Source: an uncultured Christensenellaceae bacterium
GTDB lineage: Bacteria; Bacillota; Clostridia; Christensenellales; CAG-1252
Length of the DNA: 64,000 nucleotides
Direction of reading: 5' to 3'
Assembly (NCBI GenBank): GCA_964391805.1
Contig: CAYMNK010000005.1
Span: 30,701 to 94,700, forward strand
The position numbers were made by a program, and so were the translations under genes. Shown one piece after another: positions 28,401 to 43,400 of the stretch; the first letter of the stretch is position 1; every line of letters starts with the position of its first letter. Below the pieces are notes generated by a model that saw only the letters and a list, made by a program, of their open reading frames with translations, was not told the origin of the DNA and did no database searches.

Positions 28401-31400
28401 TATAGTAGTCTACACTTCCGTCGGAATGAACTGTCTTACTCTTATATCCGGAGTAATCGTTGACAATGCTGTTGATATCCCAAGTTACATTGACCGTACC
28501 TGCGATATCGTCTTCGGTTCCCGATAAGAATCCGCCGAATATTACCGATACTTGCGTAGGATAACTATCCGTCAGTCGCGGATCGAGTGCCGATGCCGAT
28601 TGATCTATTCCGTACGGATCGAATGTGAGGAAGTTACCCGCATTGAGTTGGAATTCTGTGATAAATCTATTCTCAATGGTCACAGGAACCTCTATCAATT
28701 GATATCCGCCTAAAGCATTACCTATTTTGGCAGTAACTTTTTTGGTACCGCCGTAGACATTCCATATTTCGTTCAATGCCGTTATATCCCAACTTACATT
28801 AGAGAATTCGAAGTTGGTATCATCGGTAAATCTTACCGTCAACTTGTCGGGATAAGTCGCTTTGTCGAGAGGATCGACACTTAAGTCGTACGGATCGAAT
28901 ACAAGTTCATCTATTAACAGACTCTTGATTACCTTGGGCTGTATAACAACCTTGAAATCAACACTTTGATATCCCGCCACATCAGACCCGATCTTTGCCT
29001 TTGCGCTATACTCACCGCCTGTATAACTAAGGGATATAGCGGAAAGGTCCCAAACGATTGGGTAATACCCTGCCGATTGTGACTCGAAAATAACGTTGCC
29101 AAGTTTGTTTTCGGGCGCGGTTATTAATTCGTAAAGATTAAATCCGTTAGTCGGATACAATGCTTCGTTTAAAGCATAATCGGTATAAACGTACGGATCG
29201 AATACATAAGAATCTCTTACCGCACTTAAGTTGATACTTGCAATCTTCCTACTAACTATCTCTATAGGTACTTCAATGGTTTGATATCCGCCGTAGGAGT
29301 TACCTACCTTAAGCAATGCCGTATATGTACCGCCGTTATAATCGAGACTGATTCCGTCGGTATTCCAAATAACACCACCTTCACCGTCAAATATACCTAA
29401 AGCATTGTATTCTGCTTTAAAGGTGGCAACCGTACCATTCTTATATACCACAGATACTTCGTCGGGATAGCAATCGGCATCGTATGCGTCGGTAGGATCG
29501 ACTATCTTACCGTTGATTACGTCGTATACCGCCAATTCCGGTTTATAAAGCGCTAACTTTTCAAGATCGCTTGCAATAGCCGTGTTGAAGATTGTTCCTG
29601 TATGAGAAATGATTATATTGGTGAATTGATAATCGATATAATCCACTATCTCGCCGTCCTTATCTCTCAATACATACAGCATACGCATAGGATCTATAGT
29701 TGTCGCTAAGCCGTCTATAACATAGTTAGATACGGTGGCGTCGATTATCGATACGGTTACATCGGTGGTTTGATAACCTGCCTTTTCAATCCTACTACGC
29801 TCCGCATCGTCGTCGCTTGTGATACGGAATTGCGCTTGAGATATACCGCCCTTGTAGTTGTTATCGATACCGGATAGATTCCACTCTACCCTCTGAGCTA
29901 TGTAATCGGTGTTGCCTTCGTACTTGACATATAAATACCTCGGGTACATGTTGACATTCAATGCATCGGGCATGATTGCTCCGTCGGTAAAATGATATGG
30001 ATCGAATTCGAGTTCGAGGTCGGATAAACTTCCGTCCGAATTCATAAGTTTCCAATCGGTCATCACGTACGATTTAATCGTTATGGTAATATTCTTATAT
30101 GTATAATATCCTATGTCGAGATTACCGATTTCCGCATCGACTCTATAGGTGTAACCTGTGTATACAGGGGTAATATCACTTGCGGAAATGCTCCACTTGA
30201 TATTATACAGTTCGGGTAATGAATTGCCGAAGGTCGCATATACTTGTGACGGTAATACTATCTCTTGGTAAGGATTGAAAATCAACGAACTTGTTCCGTT
30301 GGCATATCCGCCGTTTTCGTCGGGGAATATGATGCCGTTTAAGGTGTTTGCGTTGACTGTAACGGGGATAATCACTTGATAATTGCCTACAATTCCGTCA
30401 CCGAAGGTCAAGTATAGTTTATAGGTACCGCCGAGATAGGATTTACTCAACTCGTCGGCATTCCATTTTACTATATCGGAACCCATGCCTTCTCTACCGT
30501 CAAAGGTCTTGATAAACTCGTTTTCGCCGTTACCGTCGGTCATTGTTACATAAATAACGGACGGTAAATTCTTGATAAAGTTTTCGACTTCGTAAGCCTC
30601 GAGCACTACAGGATAATCGAAGCCAGATGCGGTAATCATAGGTGTCGGATAATATTCACCGTCTATATTTACCGATAGATTCTCATCGTATTTAACTTTA
30701 CGAGCGGAGCTTTGAGGTACATATACTTCGACATATTCTACATAGTTAAGTACATAGCCCTCGATATAGTAACTCGTGTCGCCCTTAGACGGATCGATTC
30801 TGAATATCGAGTCTGCCCAAGATACGTTGAGATTGCCAAGCGGTGTGTCTTCCGTTCCCTCGGGTACCGTTCCCGACGCAAACTTGTTGATGGTTGCGGT
30901 TTCGGGAAGATTTTCCATATAGTCGACAATACCGTTCTTGTCATAATCGAGTTCGAAAACGTCAGTTACAATACGCTTATCGAGATAATGGGTACTGTCT
31001 ACGTTAATGGTGATATTCGATTTATCCGAGGTATCGATACCGGCAAGTTTCAAGCCGTTCATGGCTATTTCCACTTCCCAGTATTCGCCGGTTGCCACAG
31101 TTTGTATGCTAAACAATATCTTGCTGATAGCGCTCAACTGTCCGTTGACAAGAGTGTCGTCAAATACTATTACCGCGAAGCATTCCGAACTTTCGGTTAT
31201 TGTCGGTAAAGGCAATAATCTTGCCACCAATTCGAATACAAGGTCGCCTGCAATACCTTCAATTAACTCGTTAATCAACTTTCTTGTTGAATTATCGGTT
31301 ATATTGATACTATCGTACAAATAATTGATAAACATGTCATAGATAGCATATAAAGTTTCGTTTTGCTTCAAATTATCGGTATCATAATCGGTTATGCCCA

Positions 31401-34400
31401 CCAATGAACCTAATCCGTCTACTATCAAGGCAGGAAGATCCTCAAACAGTTTCGCCATATATGCTCCGTTGAAATCTATTCTTACATTGGATATACCTGC
31501 TCCCGTTATTGCGTCGGAAGGTCTACCTAATGCACCTACGTCGCCGTCACCGAAAGTTATGCTCAATCCCTTGATCATACCGTCCGAACTATCGCTTGCC
31601 TTGCTTACCTTATTGTCGGAAACGTTTGTACGAGGATCGTGTGAACCCGTTATTCCCGACTTATTGATTAGGTCGTGAATGCTTATAGGTATGTTGATCG
31701 CTCTCTCGATATTATAGTTGATAAGCGGTATCGTGAAGTTGATATCCAAAATCAACTCATCTTGATACCAATAAATTCCTCTGAGTATATCATTGACAAG
31801 ATCGGGCAACATATCGGTAGCATCGAGTTTTAATCCGTGAATATATGTCGCGTTGTCGCTATCCGACGCGCCTATTCTTGTAATCTTGAACAATGTGTCT
31901 CTATCTTGTCCGCTAACAATAGATACACCCGAAGCATCTACATAGTCCGAATTGGATCTTATGGTTAAATCAATGTCCGAATTGAGTGCATCCAAAATGT
32001 TGGCAATGATATCGGCAATCAAAATTCCGTCATAGTTGTTTTCGAATCCGATCAATCCGCCGATATTGATACCCGAATAATCGCTGTATTCCTTATTGGA
32101 AGAATCGTATACGATACCTTCGAGCAATCCGTTTTGAGCGTCGTATCCGAGCTTGAATTTATTCAATTCGAGACTTACCGTGCTTCCTACAGCCTCTCCT
32201 CCATTCATCAATTTGTTGCCCTTTTCGTCCACATCGTAGCTTGTAAGCTCAACCTTTAATAAATCGAAGCCGTTAGCCATTCTAAGGTCGACACCTATAA
32301 CCGTCTCTTCGGGAAGGGTGAAATCGACGCCGAATACCTTGAACATCTTATTGAGCATATTGCCGTTAAAGTCAACGGATAACGCACTGCCCTTGGCACT
32401 ATCCTTAAGATATGATGCAAGCGTTACGGTCAACTTAGCATTGTTGATAACCTCTGCACAATTGTGTTCCACATCGGTCAATTCGCCGTTTGCATTACGG
32501 CATGTGCCGTTAGCAAGACAAGTCGAATTAGTACAACCGCAACTCAATCTCTTAGAATCGTCACCGGCTTCCGAGGTCTCCTTAGGTTCGTTCATTTCTT
32601 CGATTAATTTATTGATGAAGACTGTAACGTCCCTCGTTCCCAATAAACTGTATAAGAGGTCTCCGCCTATGTCAAGAGTACCGCCGGTAACATCTACGCC
32701 TAACATTTCTTTCAAAAGCATTGTAAGACTGATACCCTCTATCTTGGTCTTGAAGAGACCTAAACCGCTAAGGTCTATATAGAAGGAACCCGATGTATTG
32801 GTGGTATCGTCTTTACTATTACTGTTTGCACCCCAATAGTATAAGCCTAAGAGTTGCTTAGCCTCGCTTCCGTCCCTCGAGTAGGTAACCTCAACCTTTA
32901 TTTCGGTTTGTTTCCAATCGCTAAAATCGATGTCGGCAACGATCACAAAGCCCAAGGTTATAGTCGACGAAGCATTCTTAATCAATGTTACGGCACCGTC
33001 CGCAAATAATCCACTCGACTCCAATAAGTCGGTCAACATATCTACCAACGGATTGGTATAACCGTATGCATCCTTAGCAAGGTCTAATACTATTTCACCG
33101 CCTAAGTCGATATGGAATTCTTCCATATTCAATAAATCGACGTATCCGTTCAAGTTATCGAAGGCACTTAAATTATCAAATCTTCCGTTTCCGTACTCAA
33201 CACCCGATATGGTCGCATGAGGGAATTCAAGGAAGGTGGATATCGGTTTGGAAAGTGCATCGTATATCGAATTTAACGAAGTCTTTTCAATTTCATTGAT
33301 TAGTTTTCCGTCAACTACCGTCTTACCATCGCCTATCTTGACGTTAAGGTTGGTAACGGCTAATTCAACGCCCAACCAATCAAAGTTGTTGGTTCCCATA
33401 TTCTCGCCGAATAATCCCGAATCGTTCTTATCGAGATACATTCCGACACCTATAGACAACTTGTTAAGTAAGTTTTCGCCTTCTCTCAATACCTTATCAC
33501 CAAAATCTGCGTACACTTCCACTCTGTCGAATGTCGCCAAGTCGGTAATACTATTCAATATGGTTCCTACCGTTGAATCGAGATCGGCTGCGTTTATGAT
33601 GAGTTTTATCAACGCCATATTAACGGCAAGACCTATGCGTCCGTTGCCTAAAGAGATTGCAAGTTGTGCCGTTTCGGAAACGGTTGCGCTATTTGCTAAC
33701 ATATCGATTACATTTTGTACCGACGATAAATCGAGTCCGAAGGAATCAACGATTAGTCCGTAAAAATCGGGCTTATCGACGTCCGAAGCTGTAGCAAGTT
33801 TATCACCCCATTCAATTCCTGTGAGTCCAGATAAAATTCCCGACAAGTCGACGTTCTTGACGCAAAGACCTTCAATATCCATCATAGGAAGTGTCAAATA
33901 TACCGTTTCGGTTTGATTGATATAGTATAATCCGAGTAAGAGATAGTCGTAAATCTTACCGCCCTCTTGATATTCCTTAGATATTTCAAGTTTGACTTCG
34001 GTATTGTGCGAATCGGATATATCGAGAGCCATGCCTAAATCGATTCTCAATCTAATATCGTAAAAGTCGGTATCCGATGCCTTAGTATCGAATATTACGT
34101 TGAATAAATCGCTAAGTTCGCTATTAATTCCCGAATTGAGATAGAGAGAATTAGCCAATAAGTTGGTAAAGTCTATCTCGACATCTTCATCGTTTACTCC
34201 GCCGTTTGCTTGTAGGTAAATTGTCGTTTCGAATTTTATCTGCAATGCGGTAACGTCTATCCAGTTTTCATGTTCTTGATTATTATTCGGACGAATATCG
34301 GGAGCAAAATAAGTATTTGCGTTCAATGTTACTATAGGTTCGTCGCTATTATTGCCGAATACGCCTATTAAGGTATGCTCGCCGATGTATGCAACGTTAT

Positions 34401-37400
34401 CGTCCGTCATTTCTATGAAGCCAGAACCGTTATCCATCTTCAAAGTCAATCCGCGGAATACGCTATCACGATAAATAGTCCATTTGTCGGATAACTTATC
34501 GCTATTATATAGGTAGTCTCTCGAATATGCAGAATCATAGCCCTTCAACTCGAGATTGTAGAATTTTACTTCGGTTGTATATCGATTTTCTTCTTTACAG
34601 TCATCGATTACAAGTTTAAGATAACTGTTTTCAAAGTCATCATAACCGCGCGCTTCGATATAAATATCGACATCGTCCGAGAATACAGTATTGATAGCAA
34701 GCATTGCAAAGAGATTATTCATAACGTTTTTATTGAACGCTATGAGCAAGCCTTGATTGCCTACAGAAACTCCGCTGACTAAATTGCCTAAGTACTTGGT
34801 CATTCCAAGCACCTTGTCAAGTGTGCTCTCTTCTTTAGCATCGGGAACGATAGTTTTATCACTACACCCACATGTTTCGGAACACAACAATACACCGTTT
34901 TTGTCTATGCACGAACCGTTCTCGAGACATTTTTCGTCTCGACAACCACATGACAACATACAGCAAGAACATGTGCAGTCACCCTTTTCACGACAACGCA
35001 CGATTACTCTATATTCACCGTCGTCGCTTAAGGTCAAACAAGTGCCTGCCTTGACACATTCTTCATCATTGCAACCACAACTTAGTTTAGCGCAACTACA
35101 TCCGCAGTCGGTGCCGTCACATATCCTTAGTCCTGTCTTATCATAACAACTGCCGTTAGCGATGCAATTGGTGTCGGTACATCCGCAAGAGAGTTTACAG
35201 CAAGTACAAGCACAGTCCTCAAGACAGGTGTGCTCGCCGTAAGAAGTACATTTACCGTTGGTCAAACAAGTTTCGCAACGACAACCGCAATCGAGTTTAT
35301 CTTTATCGATATTCACTCTGTTGTCGTTATCGGAGCTGTCAAATGAACCGCCGTTTATATTGTTCGAAATATAGTTCTTGACCAATGAAACAATATCCGC
35401 TTCGACATAGAATGGATCTATTCCTAAAATACTCATATCTATGTACAGTTTGGATAAATCCTTTTGACCTGCGCCGTCGAAGTAGATGACAACGGGTTGA
35501 TCAATGGGCACAAGTGTTGAGCCGACTTCGCGATAATATCCGCCAAGGCTTATCTCAATCTTACCTTCGGACATATATGGCGATGATATATTCAGTTTGA
35601 GATAAAAATCTATCGTAATTTGGGTATCGACCTTAGTGGTCAATAATATAGCTGACTTGATCGCCTCGGCAAGTCCACTCAAATCAACGGAATCGCCTTC
35701 TATGTGCTCGAAGTAACTAAACGGATCGATATTTGCGGTATCGTAATCCAAGGTGATATCCATCGATGCTCCGAGCATATATTCCAAATCGGACCAACGC
35801 AAGTACTCGTCAAGCGGTAAGCCCTTAATCATGGTAAATACGCTCTCTGAAATATATCTATACTCCTCGCTTGCATCGTATAGACCGCTATTACCGAATT
35901 GCTCGGGAAGCTTGAAGTCCAAGCAAATATTGCATATACTCAAAGATATTCCGAAAGCTTGCTTGTTATAGCCCTCTTCGTTCATGGCAATTTTAATAGC
36001 CTTGCTATCGGAAATAATCTCGATATCGGTTAGTTCGCCAACAGATACTCCGCTCGGTGTTATGTAGAAATAGTCACCTATATATCTAATAGATTCCGTT
36101 ATTCCCTTATAAATAAGGATGGGTTCGTAGTTAGTCAAGTCGAGATATGCGCTATCTTCACCGAATTTCACTAAGAACTTTTGTTTTGATAACGAGAACA
36201 ATACTTTCTTACTTACCTTGGCACCTAACGAATCGACTTCAAATGCAAAGTAAGATTTTTCATTTGAGCTATCGCAAAGAGTTACCTTATCGATATCCAT
36301 GGTTATGGACGAAATATTCGATACGGTAAGTTGCTCATAAAGTTCGCTTTCGGTTACCTTTGAAGAATTATAAATGTAGGTAACAGTGCGATTCTTAGCA
36401 ATAACTGCATTAAAGACGTCTACACTACCGTCAAGATAATTAACGTAAATCGTCCAATTGCCGATAGATAAATTCTTTAGAGCATTCGCAGTCAAAGATA
36501 CCGTTTTTGCATCCTTATCGATGCGAATACTTGCGTAGTCGACAGCATTGTTATAAATGGGAGTACCGTTAGCATCATATGCTAAACTCGGTGCAAATAC
36601 CGTTTCTTTTTCTAAATCGATATTTATGGCGCCGTTTATGTAATCTAAGGTCAAGCCTAAATTACCCAACGAAATGTCATAATCGAAGTCGGTAAACATC
36701 TTGAGCAATGTATTGACAAAATTATCGGCAACCTCTATTCCTATGGTTCCTCTACCTATGGTGATATCCTTAAATAACGATAATACCCCTGCAACCGAGA
36801 AGTCCTCGCCGGCTAAAGCGTAATTGTCATAAACAGTGCTCGGCATATTATCGCCTGCTCCGCTAACATTATCGTTCCAATAATTAGATACCTCATCAAT
36901 AGAGATACTTACTTGGGTACAGGTAGCAAATTTAACGAGCGCGGGATTTGCATTGATGAACAATTCGTCGCCGTTAAAGTAAGCCATTAACATATCGACA
37001 TAATCGCCGTCTATTCCGGTGGATACACCCTCAACCGTAAATCCGTAACACTTCTTTTGAAGTTTGAGGTATACCTTGATATTTCTATAAGAGAAAGTGG
37101 TAAAATCGAGAGAATCGAGATGTACCCTGAGTATCAACTTATAGTCGCCGTTTATTTCACTCGATGACATTCCTAAGTTGAGAAGTACCGCTCCGAGAAG
37201 TCCCGACAAATCCTCGCCTAAATTCATTACCGAACCGTTGGTATTATACTTATCGTCGAGATTAGATATATTATTATTCGATACATCGATATTAATATCG
37301 ATATCCGCGGATAAATATAATTCGTCCAAACCGTTGACAACATCGATATATGCATCGCTATCGATATTATAGTTAGAATCATAAGTTTTACTCGGTCTGA

Positions 37401-40400
37401 ATGAATCGTCATTTACATAGTAAGTGCTTAATGAATACTTCAATAAGCTGAATCGATGCTCGCTATCGATAAAATCGTTTTTAAGAAGTACTACCGAGTA
37501 ATTATCGAAAGCTAAGTCGAGAGAGAAGTTTTCTATAGCAAGCGACAATGCCGGACTAATGTATGCACTTACGTTGAAGTAGCCCGTTGCCAAAACGCTT
37601 TCTGCGCCGTCAAACAACTCAAACTTCCACAATCCGTTAGGCAACTCCGAAACAGTCTTGTATATCAAAACAACACTATTTGAACGAACCAAAACATGCT
37701 TAGAAAGTTCGTCTAAGCCTATCGTCACCGCCTTACCGTCACGCGAAGTAAATACCGCCTTATTGACTACGCCCGATACCTTGATATCGAATACAAGATC
37801 ACTGCATACATTACTCTTACCGAATTTATCAACACCATAGGTTGTACCGCTATTATATTCGCTCTCGTTTATGGCGGTAAGCGAATTGATTAGCGACATA
37901 TCCATTCTAACGCCCTCGATTTCGGGAAGTGCGTAATCGATGCCTAAAAGTTCCTCTACTATCATGAGAATGTCTCCGCCGATATTGAGGCTTAAGGTAT
38001 CTTCGCTTGCACCTATGAAACTGATGAATGATAGGACGGTTGATGCAATCTTTTCGCCGTTATCAAAGCCTAAAAGTTTACGGCTACCGACCTTAGCGGG
38101 AATGGTTACGCTTCCACCTTCGGTGGTAACAATAATATTGTAGTAACAGCCTTGTGCGCTTTCGTTCAAAGCAACAGCGTTGGCGTTATTAAGTAATATA
38201 ATCGAGGTCAAATCGCTACCGTTATTAACTATATCGAAGTAGCTCGATATCTTTTCGGGAGTATCTAAAACTATTCTTTCGCGAACGGTACCCGATTTGT
38301 TGATATTGAGGTTTTCTATGACGATACTTTCTATCGACTTACCCTTGAGGGCAACATGGAAGGCTTCGTTATCCTTTTCTTCGGTGTAGAAATACATCCT
38401 ACCCTTATCAGCAAGTTCGGGATTATTTGTCTTTGGATCATATTTGATTTGTGATTCACTATCCGATGCACTCGATACACGTTTTTCGCCCAACAAGTCA
38501 ACTATGTCGAGTTTGATAGAAGGAGTATCACGCAAGATACCGAAGTCAATATATGCCCACCCGTCACTTAGATATAACGAAATCAATAACTGTGATCTCG
38601 ATGAATCGGTCACGTTGACAAACTCCAACAAGATCTCGTTTTCGGACAATATTCTATTAATATCGATATTATCCAATCCGTTTCCGAAAATGCTGTCGAT
38701 AGAGATATTTGCAAGGAAGTTCATCTGTACGATGTACTCGGAATCGTCAAAATCGATGCCTAAATCGGCAGTCGTACCGAATAAATTGGTGAATAAAGTC
38801 GATACGTTCCAATATCCTTCGTACGAATTATTGGTAATGGTTGCCGATGCCGATAATACTATGTTATCGTCTATAGTCAAACTCTTATAAGAACTTAATG
38901 TTTCTTTTACATCTTTGTCAAGGTATTCCCTCACATCCTTAGTATTGAGTTTTAGTCCGATGTCGGAAAGCGTTATAGTCAGTCCGGGATCGGTCAAGAA
39001 CTCATCGTTATCGGTAGTACCTTCGATATTAATACCTAATCCGCTACGTGTGCTTATGATAAATCCTGCCTTGAGCGCGCCTGCGTTTTCAAGGGCGTCT
39101 AAATCGATATCAACGCCGAAATAGTTGAGCAGTTCCGCTGTTATAGACGGACTTATGGCAAGTTGGATACCTCTTTCTTGAGATATATCTATACTTACAA
39201 TGGCTCTAAGTACCTCCAATACCGTATATGTTGTATCGGATGCAAACTTGTTAGTAGCGTTATATTTGCTGACACAACTCGAGTCGGTACAGTATGCACA
39301 TAGGTCATAACAACAGCCTCTACTCGTGCAAATAGGATCGTAACAACCACACTTTAGTGCGTTATCCTTATTCCATAACGGACGATGGCAGTTATTATCT
39401 GAAGAAGGTGCTTTAATATATCCGCAGTCGGTACAACCTATTACGCAACTGCCTCTGGATACACATTCGTCATTATTGCAACCGCATACAAGTTCATGTT
39501 CGCCGGCACTACTAACGGAATGATGATTACACTCACAAGAAGATAGACATTTACCGTCGCACACACCACTCGAAACACATTCGTCGCACTCGCAACCGCA
39601 GTCAAAAGGTTTACAATCACAACAACCGTCACCGCATATTCTACTTCCGTTATCCGAATAACAGCTTCCGTTGGCATTGCAAAGTACGTTTTCACATCCG
39701 CAATCGAGTTTTTCTTTGAAGAATAACGAACTGAGGTCGATACCTACATATTTAACTTTGGATATATTGAATGCCGGGATATCTAAGAAAATCGAACAGC
39801 CTTCGCTATCTAATCCGTCATAGAATATCATTGCTATTCTATTGTTCAACGCGTCCTTACTACCTTCGTAAATAGATAACAAAATTTGCGATGCGTTGAA
39901 ATTATTGAGATCGAGACTTCCGTCGATCACCAAAGTGAATGCCATTTTACCGCCGTAAGGCTCGGTCAAAATCTTGAATATCGAATCGAATCCCGGTATG
40001 ATTTCGTCAATTATGCTACTGAAATCGACGGTCAAGCCTTCGCCGTCCTTGGATTCGCCGAGCTCACCGATTAATTCTATGGCAACGCTGAAACTGATCT
40101 TGGACACCTCGGAGAATAATTGATAATCCGATATGTTCTTAAGTTCGGTTGTTTCTCTACGCGTAGATTCATCTATGCGATAGAAAGGTATATCGAATTT
40201 ACCGGTATCGAGTTTAAACGAACCGACTTTTAACGATACGGTAGATTTATCTCCTATATAGTCCCCAGTTTCGGCAGACCAACCGCCATAGAACCACATT
40301 TCAAGAGATGCATCGAGGTTTTCGAAGAATGCTTCCTCATAATAACCGCCTTTATCCCTGAATGCTTCAAAGTTTGTAAGCGCAATATCGTAGTTCGCTT

Positions 40401-43400
40401 CCGCTCCGTCGGTAACGGTGAGAGCCTTAAAACGTGTGATAAGAGTATCGAGTTCGCTCGATTTACCTAAATCGATATCAAATGCTTCCAATTCGTCAAT
40501 TATCGCATCCAATTCTTCGCCTTCAAGCACACTAACCGCTCTCAAAAGGTCTACAAGCGCCTTGCGTTGCACATCGGTCCGATAGTCTCTGTCTAAGTAA
40601 TTGACGGTAAAGGTCAAGCCCGCCGCGGGTGAATCTTCATAATTAAGTTTCTCATTGGTCAACAACTCGAACAAACTCGACAGCACGTGTGTGGTGGTAA
40701 CGAGTTGCAATTGAGTCTTGGACAGTCTGAATACATCAAACATGTCGGTAATAAGTCCCGTCCAATGTTCACGACAACTTAAGTCGCAATGAGTGTCGGT
40801 GGTGTATGCAAATATACACTCGTCACTATGGGCAAAGCATTCTTCGGCTGTATCGTGTACGGTGCACTTGATGAAAATACACTCATCCTTATCCAAAGGA
40901 CAGTTGTAATCATCGATATGTTCGGGATTGATACATCCGCATTCGAGCACGCTCTTGTGGCATAGACACGGATTTTGGTTATTGATACAATTATCTTCAT
41001 CGTCTCCGCATCTCGTTACGGGCACTTTGGTAAGTTCTTGTTGAATTATGCCGTCGATAATTACGTATGTTCCGTCCGAGTTACGCTTATTTTGATAAAC
41101 ATATTTCCAACCTATGATACAACTACCCGCTTCGACACATCCGGGATTGATACATCCGCACTCCAACGGATTATGACAACTACAAGAACAGTCCTCGCCG
41201 TCGTGACAGTAGATACCCATTACACCGCAAGCGTTTTCGTAATCGCCCGAAATGTGTGCATATTCTAAACAATAACTATCCGTACATCCGCAAGGCAATT
41301 TACAATCTAAGCATTCACAGCCGTCTGCACAAAGTTTTTTGCCTTCCCTATCGTAACAACTGCCGTTAGCAATACATGCGGAATCTTTACATCCGCAGTC
41401 CAATCCGTCTGATACGCTAACGCTCTCCAAGTAGTTTTCTACCGTACTTATCGAGTCAATTAGTGAACTTAAGTCGACATCGAGTTTGATATCGTATAAG
41501 CCGATCATAGGTGCATCGAGATATAACGAATTATCCATACCTACAAGATATGCTCTTGCCAATAGTGCTTCGTTATATTTAGGCGTTCCGTCGTTGTATT
41601 CGCCTATGCGCTCTTTGACCAAAACGCTCAATAGTATTTCGCTGTATCCGATATTTTTGAGATTAATATTAGCATTGATATCTATGGATATAACCATATC
41701 GATGTTTTCAACAATATTCAAGGTCAGTTTATCGTTAAGAAGGTATTGAACGACCTTCTCGAGATTGATATTCGATTTAAGCATATCGATGTCGATATCG
41801 ATACTTCCCTCGAAATAAAGTGTTTCCAATACGAGCATTTCTGGAGCTTGGAAATCGAGTAAAGTGACATAAGAGGTTACGTCTTGTGTGCGTGTGGGAC
41901 GTATACTCTTATCACTCGGTTTAATTGCATCTATTCCTGCCTTGATTCTAAGGTAACCGTATTTATTAACGGCACCGTCTAAGGTGTTTTCGAGTTCGAT
42001 ATCGGCAACAATTTGTTTGTTTGTAATACTTACGCCTACATAACTCAACGCTTTATCCGAATCGACTAAAGAGAATGGCAATTCAATCTTATATTTCGAT
42101 ATAAAGTAATCGAGAAGATTGCCTAAAAGTTCATCGTTCAATACGATATTTAAACCTTCGGGCAAGGTATGCTCGCCGTCCGATATTACTATTCTATCCA
42201 CAAGATTGGAAATCAGGCGAACAATTCCGTACCACTCAGGTTCGTCAGACGCTAACGACAAACCACCAAATAGCGATTGAACAAGAGAGGATGCATCTAT
42301 ACCCGTCAAAGCAATTTTGGGAACCTCGAACCAAGGTAGGTCTATGTATGCCTCGCCTTTATCCATGTCGAAGTATACCGATAACAAAAGCGAACCGATA
42401 TCGTATACGGCATCCTTGTAGTAAACTTCGAGGGCTAATTCGCTATCGAGATAATCGACTATACCGATTTTGGCATCGAGTGTATAATACAGAGTTCCTT
42501 GCATACCTTCGAGTTCGAAAGGAATACTGACATTTTTGATAAGTGACTGTATTACTCCGCCGAAATCATATGTTCCGTCGGGAATAGAATAATCCAAAGC
42601 ACCTGTCGAACTAATGTATAAATGCTTATAATCGTCGCTTGTGGTGTACTTAGATCCGTCAAAAGATATGTCTTGTCTTGTTCCTCTAATATTATAATCG
42701 CGCATCACAAGATCGAGATACGGGTCTTCTGCACCATCTGTCTTAGAATTTAAGGTTACGTTTGCCGAAATATTACGCTTGAATAAATCTACGCTAACGC
42801 TTACCTCTTTCAATTCTTCGATAAGTGCTTCACTGTTAAGAATCTCTAAACCTAATGCGCTCAATATATGCTTATTGAAGAATACCGACAAGGCTCCGTC
42901 ACTATCGATACCTAATTTAGATATCATAAGCAATATAATTTGAGAGGTTGTCAAATCGTCTATCTCACCTGCACTCGACAAAGTATTGGTGTCTTTCTTA
43001 AACAAACCGTAAATCAATTCCGCAATATCGATTCCTTCTATAACTTCGGTGATGCCTAAACTATCGAAAATGTTCTTGATTTCGAAATCTACCCTGATAT
43101 TTAACGACGAATCGAGAACGGGGGCAGATAAATACAAATATCCATTTCCGTCATAATAAACCGTCAAATAATCGTCATCAAGTGAGTACATATGTAAATA
43201 TAACTCGGTTGCATTAACATCGACAATGTTTAAGTTGAGATTTAGATCGAGTATTATTCTATTCGTCAAACTGCTTTCCACCTCAAACGGTACTTCGCTA
43301 AGTCCCAATACCTCACTGAATATATCGGTCAGTACATAGTCAGATACGCCATCGGTGGAAGTACTATTGAGATGATATCCTATTTCGAGAGATAACGATG

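Noticed and set aside
30922-30948. The loop D-Y-D-K-N-G-I-V-D, at the junction between the module array and the Ig-like region, resembles an EF-hand or dockerin Ca-binding loop.
   Set aside because: It occurs once, without the paired second loop and helix of a dockerin. A DxDxNG pattern is easy to hit by chance in a D/N/G-rich protein of 10,000 aa.
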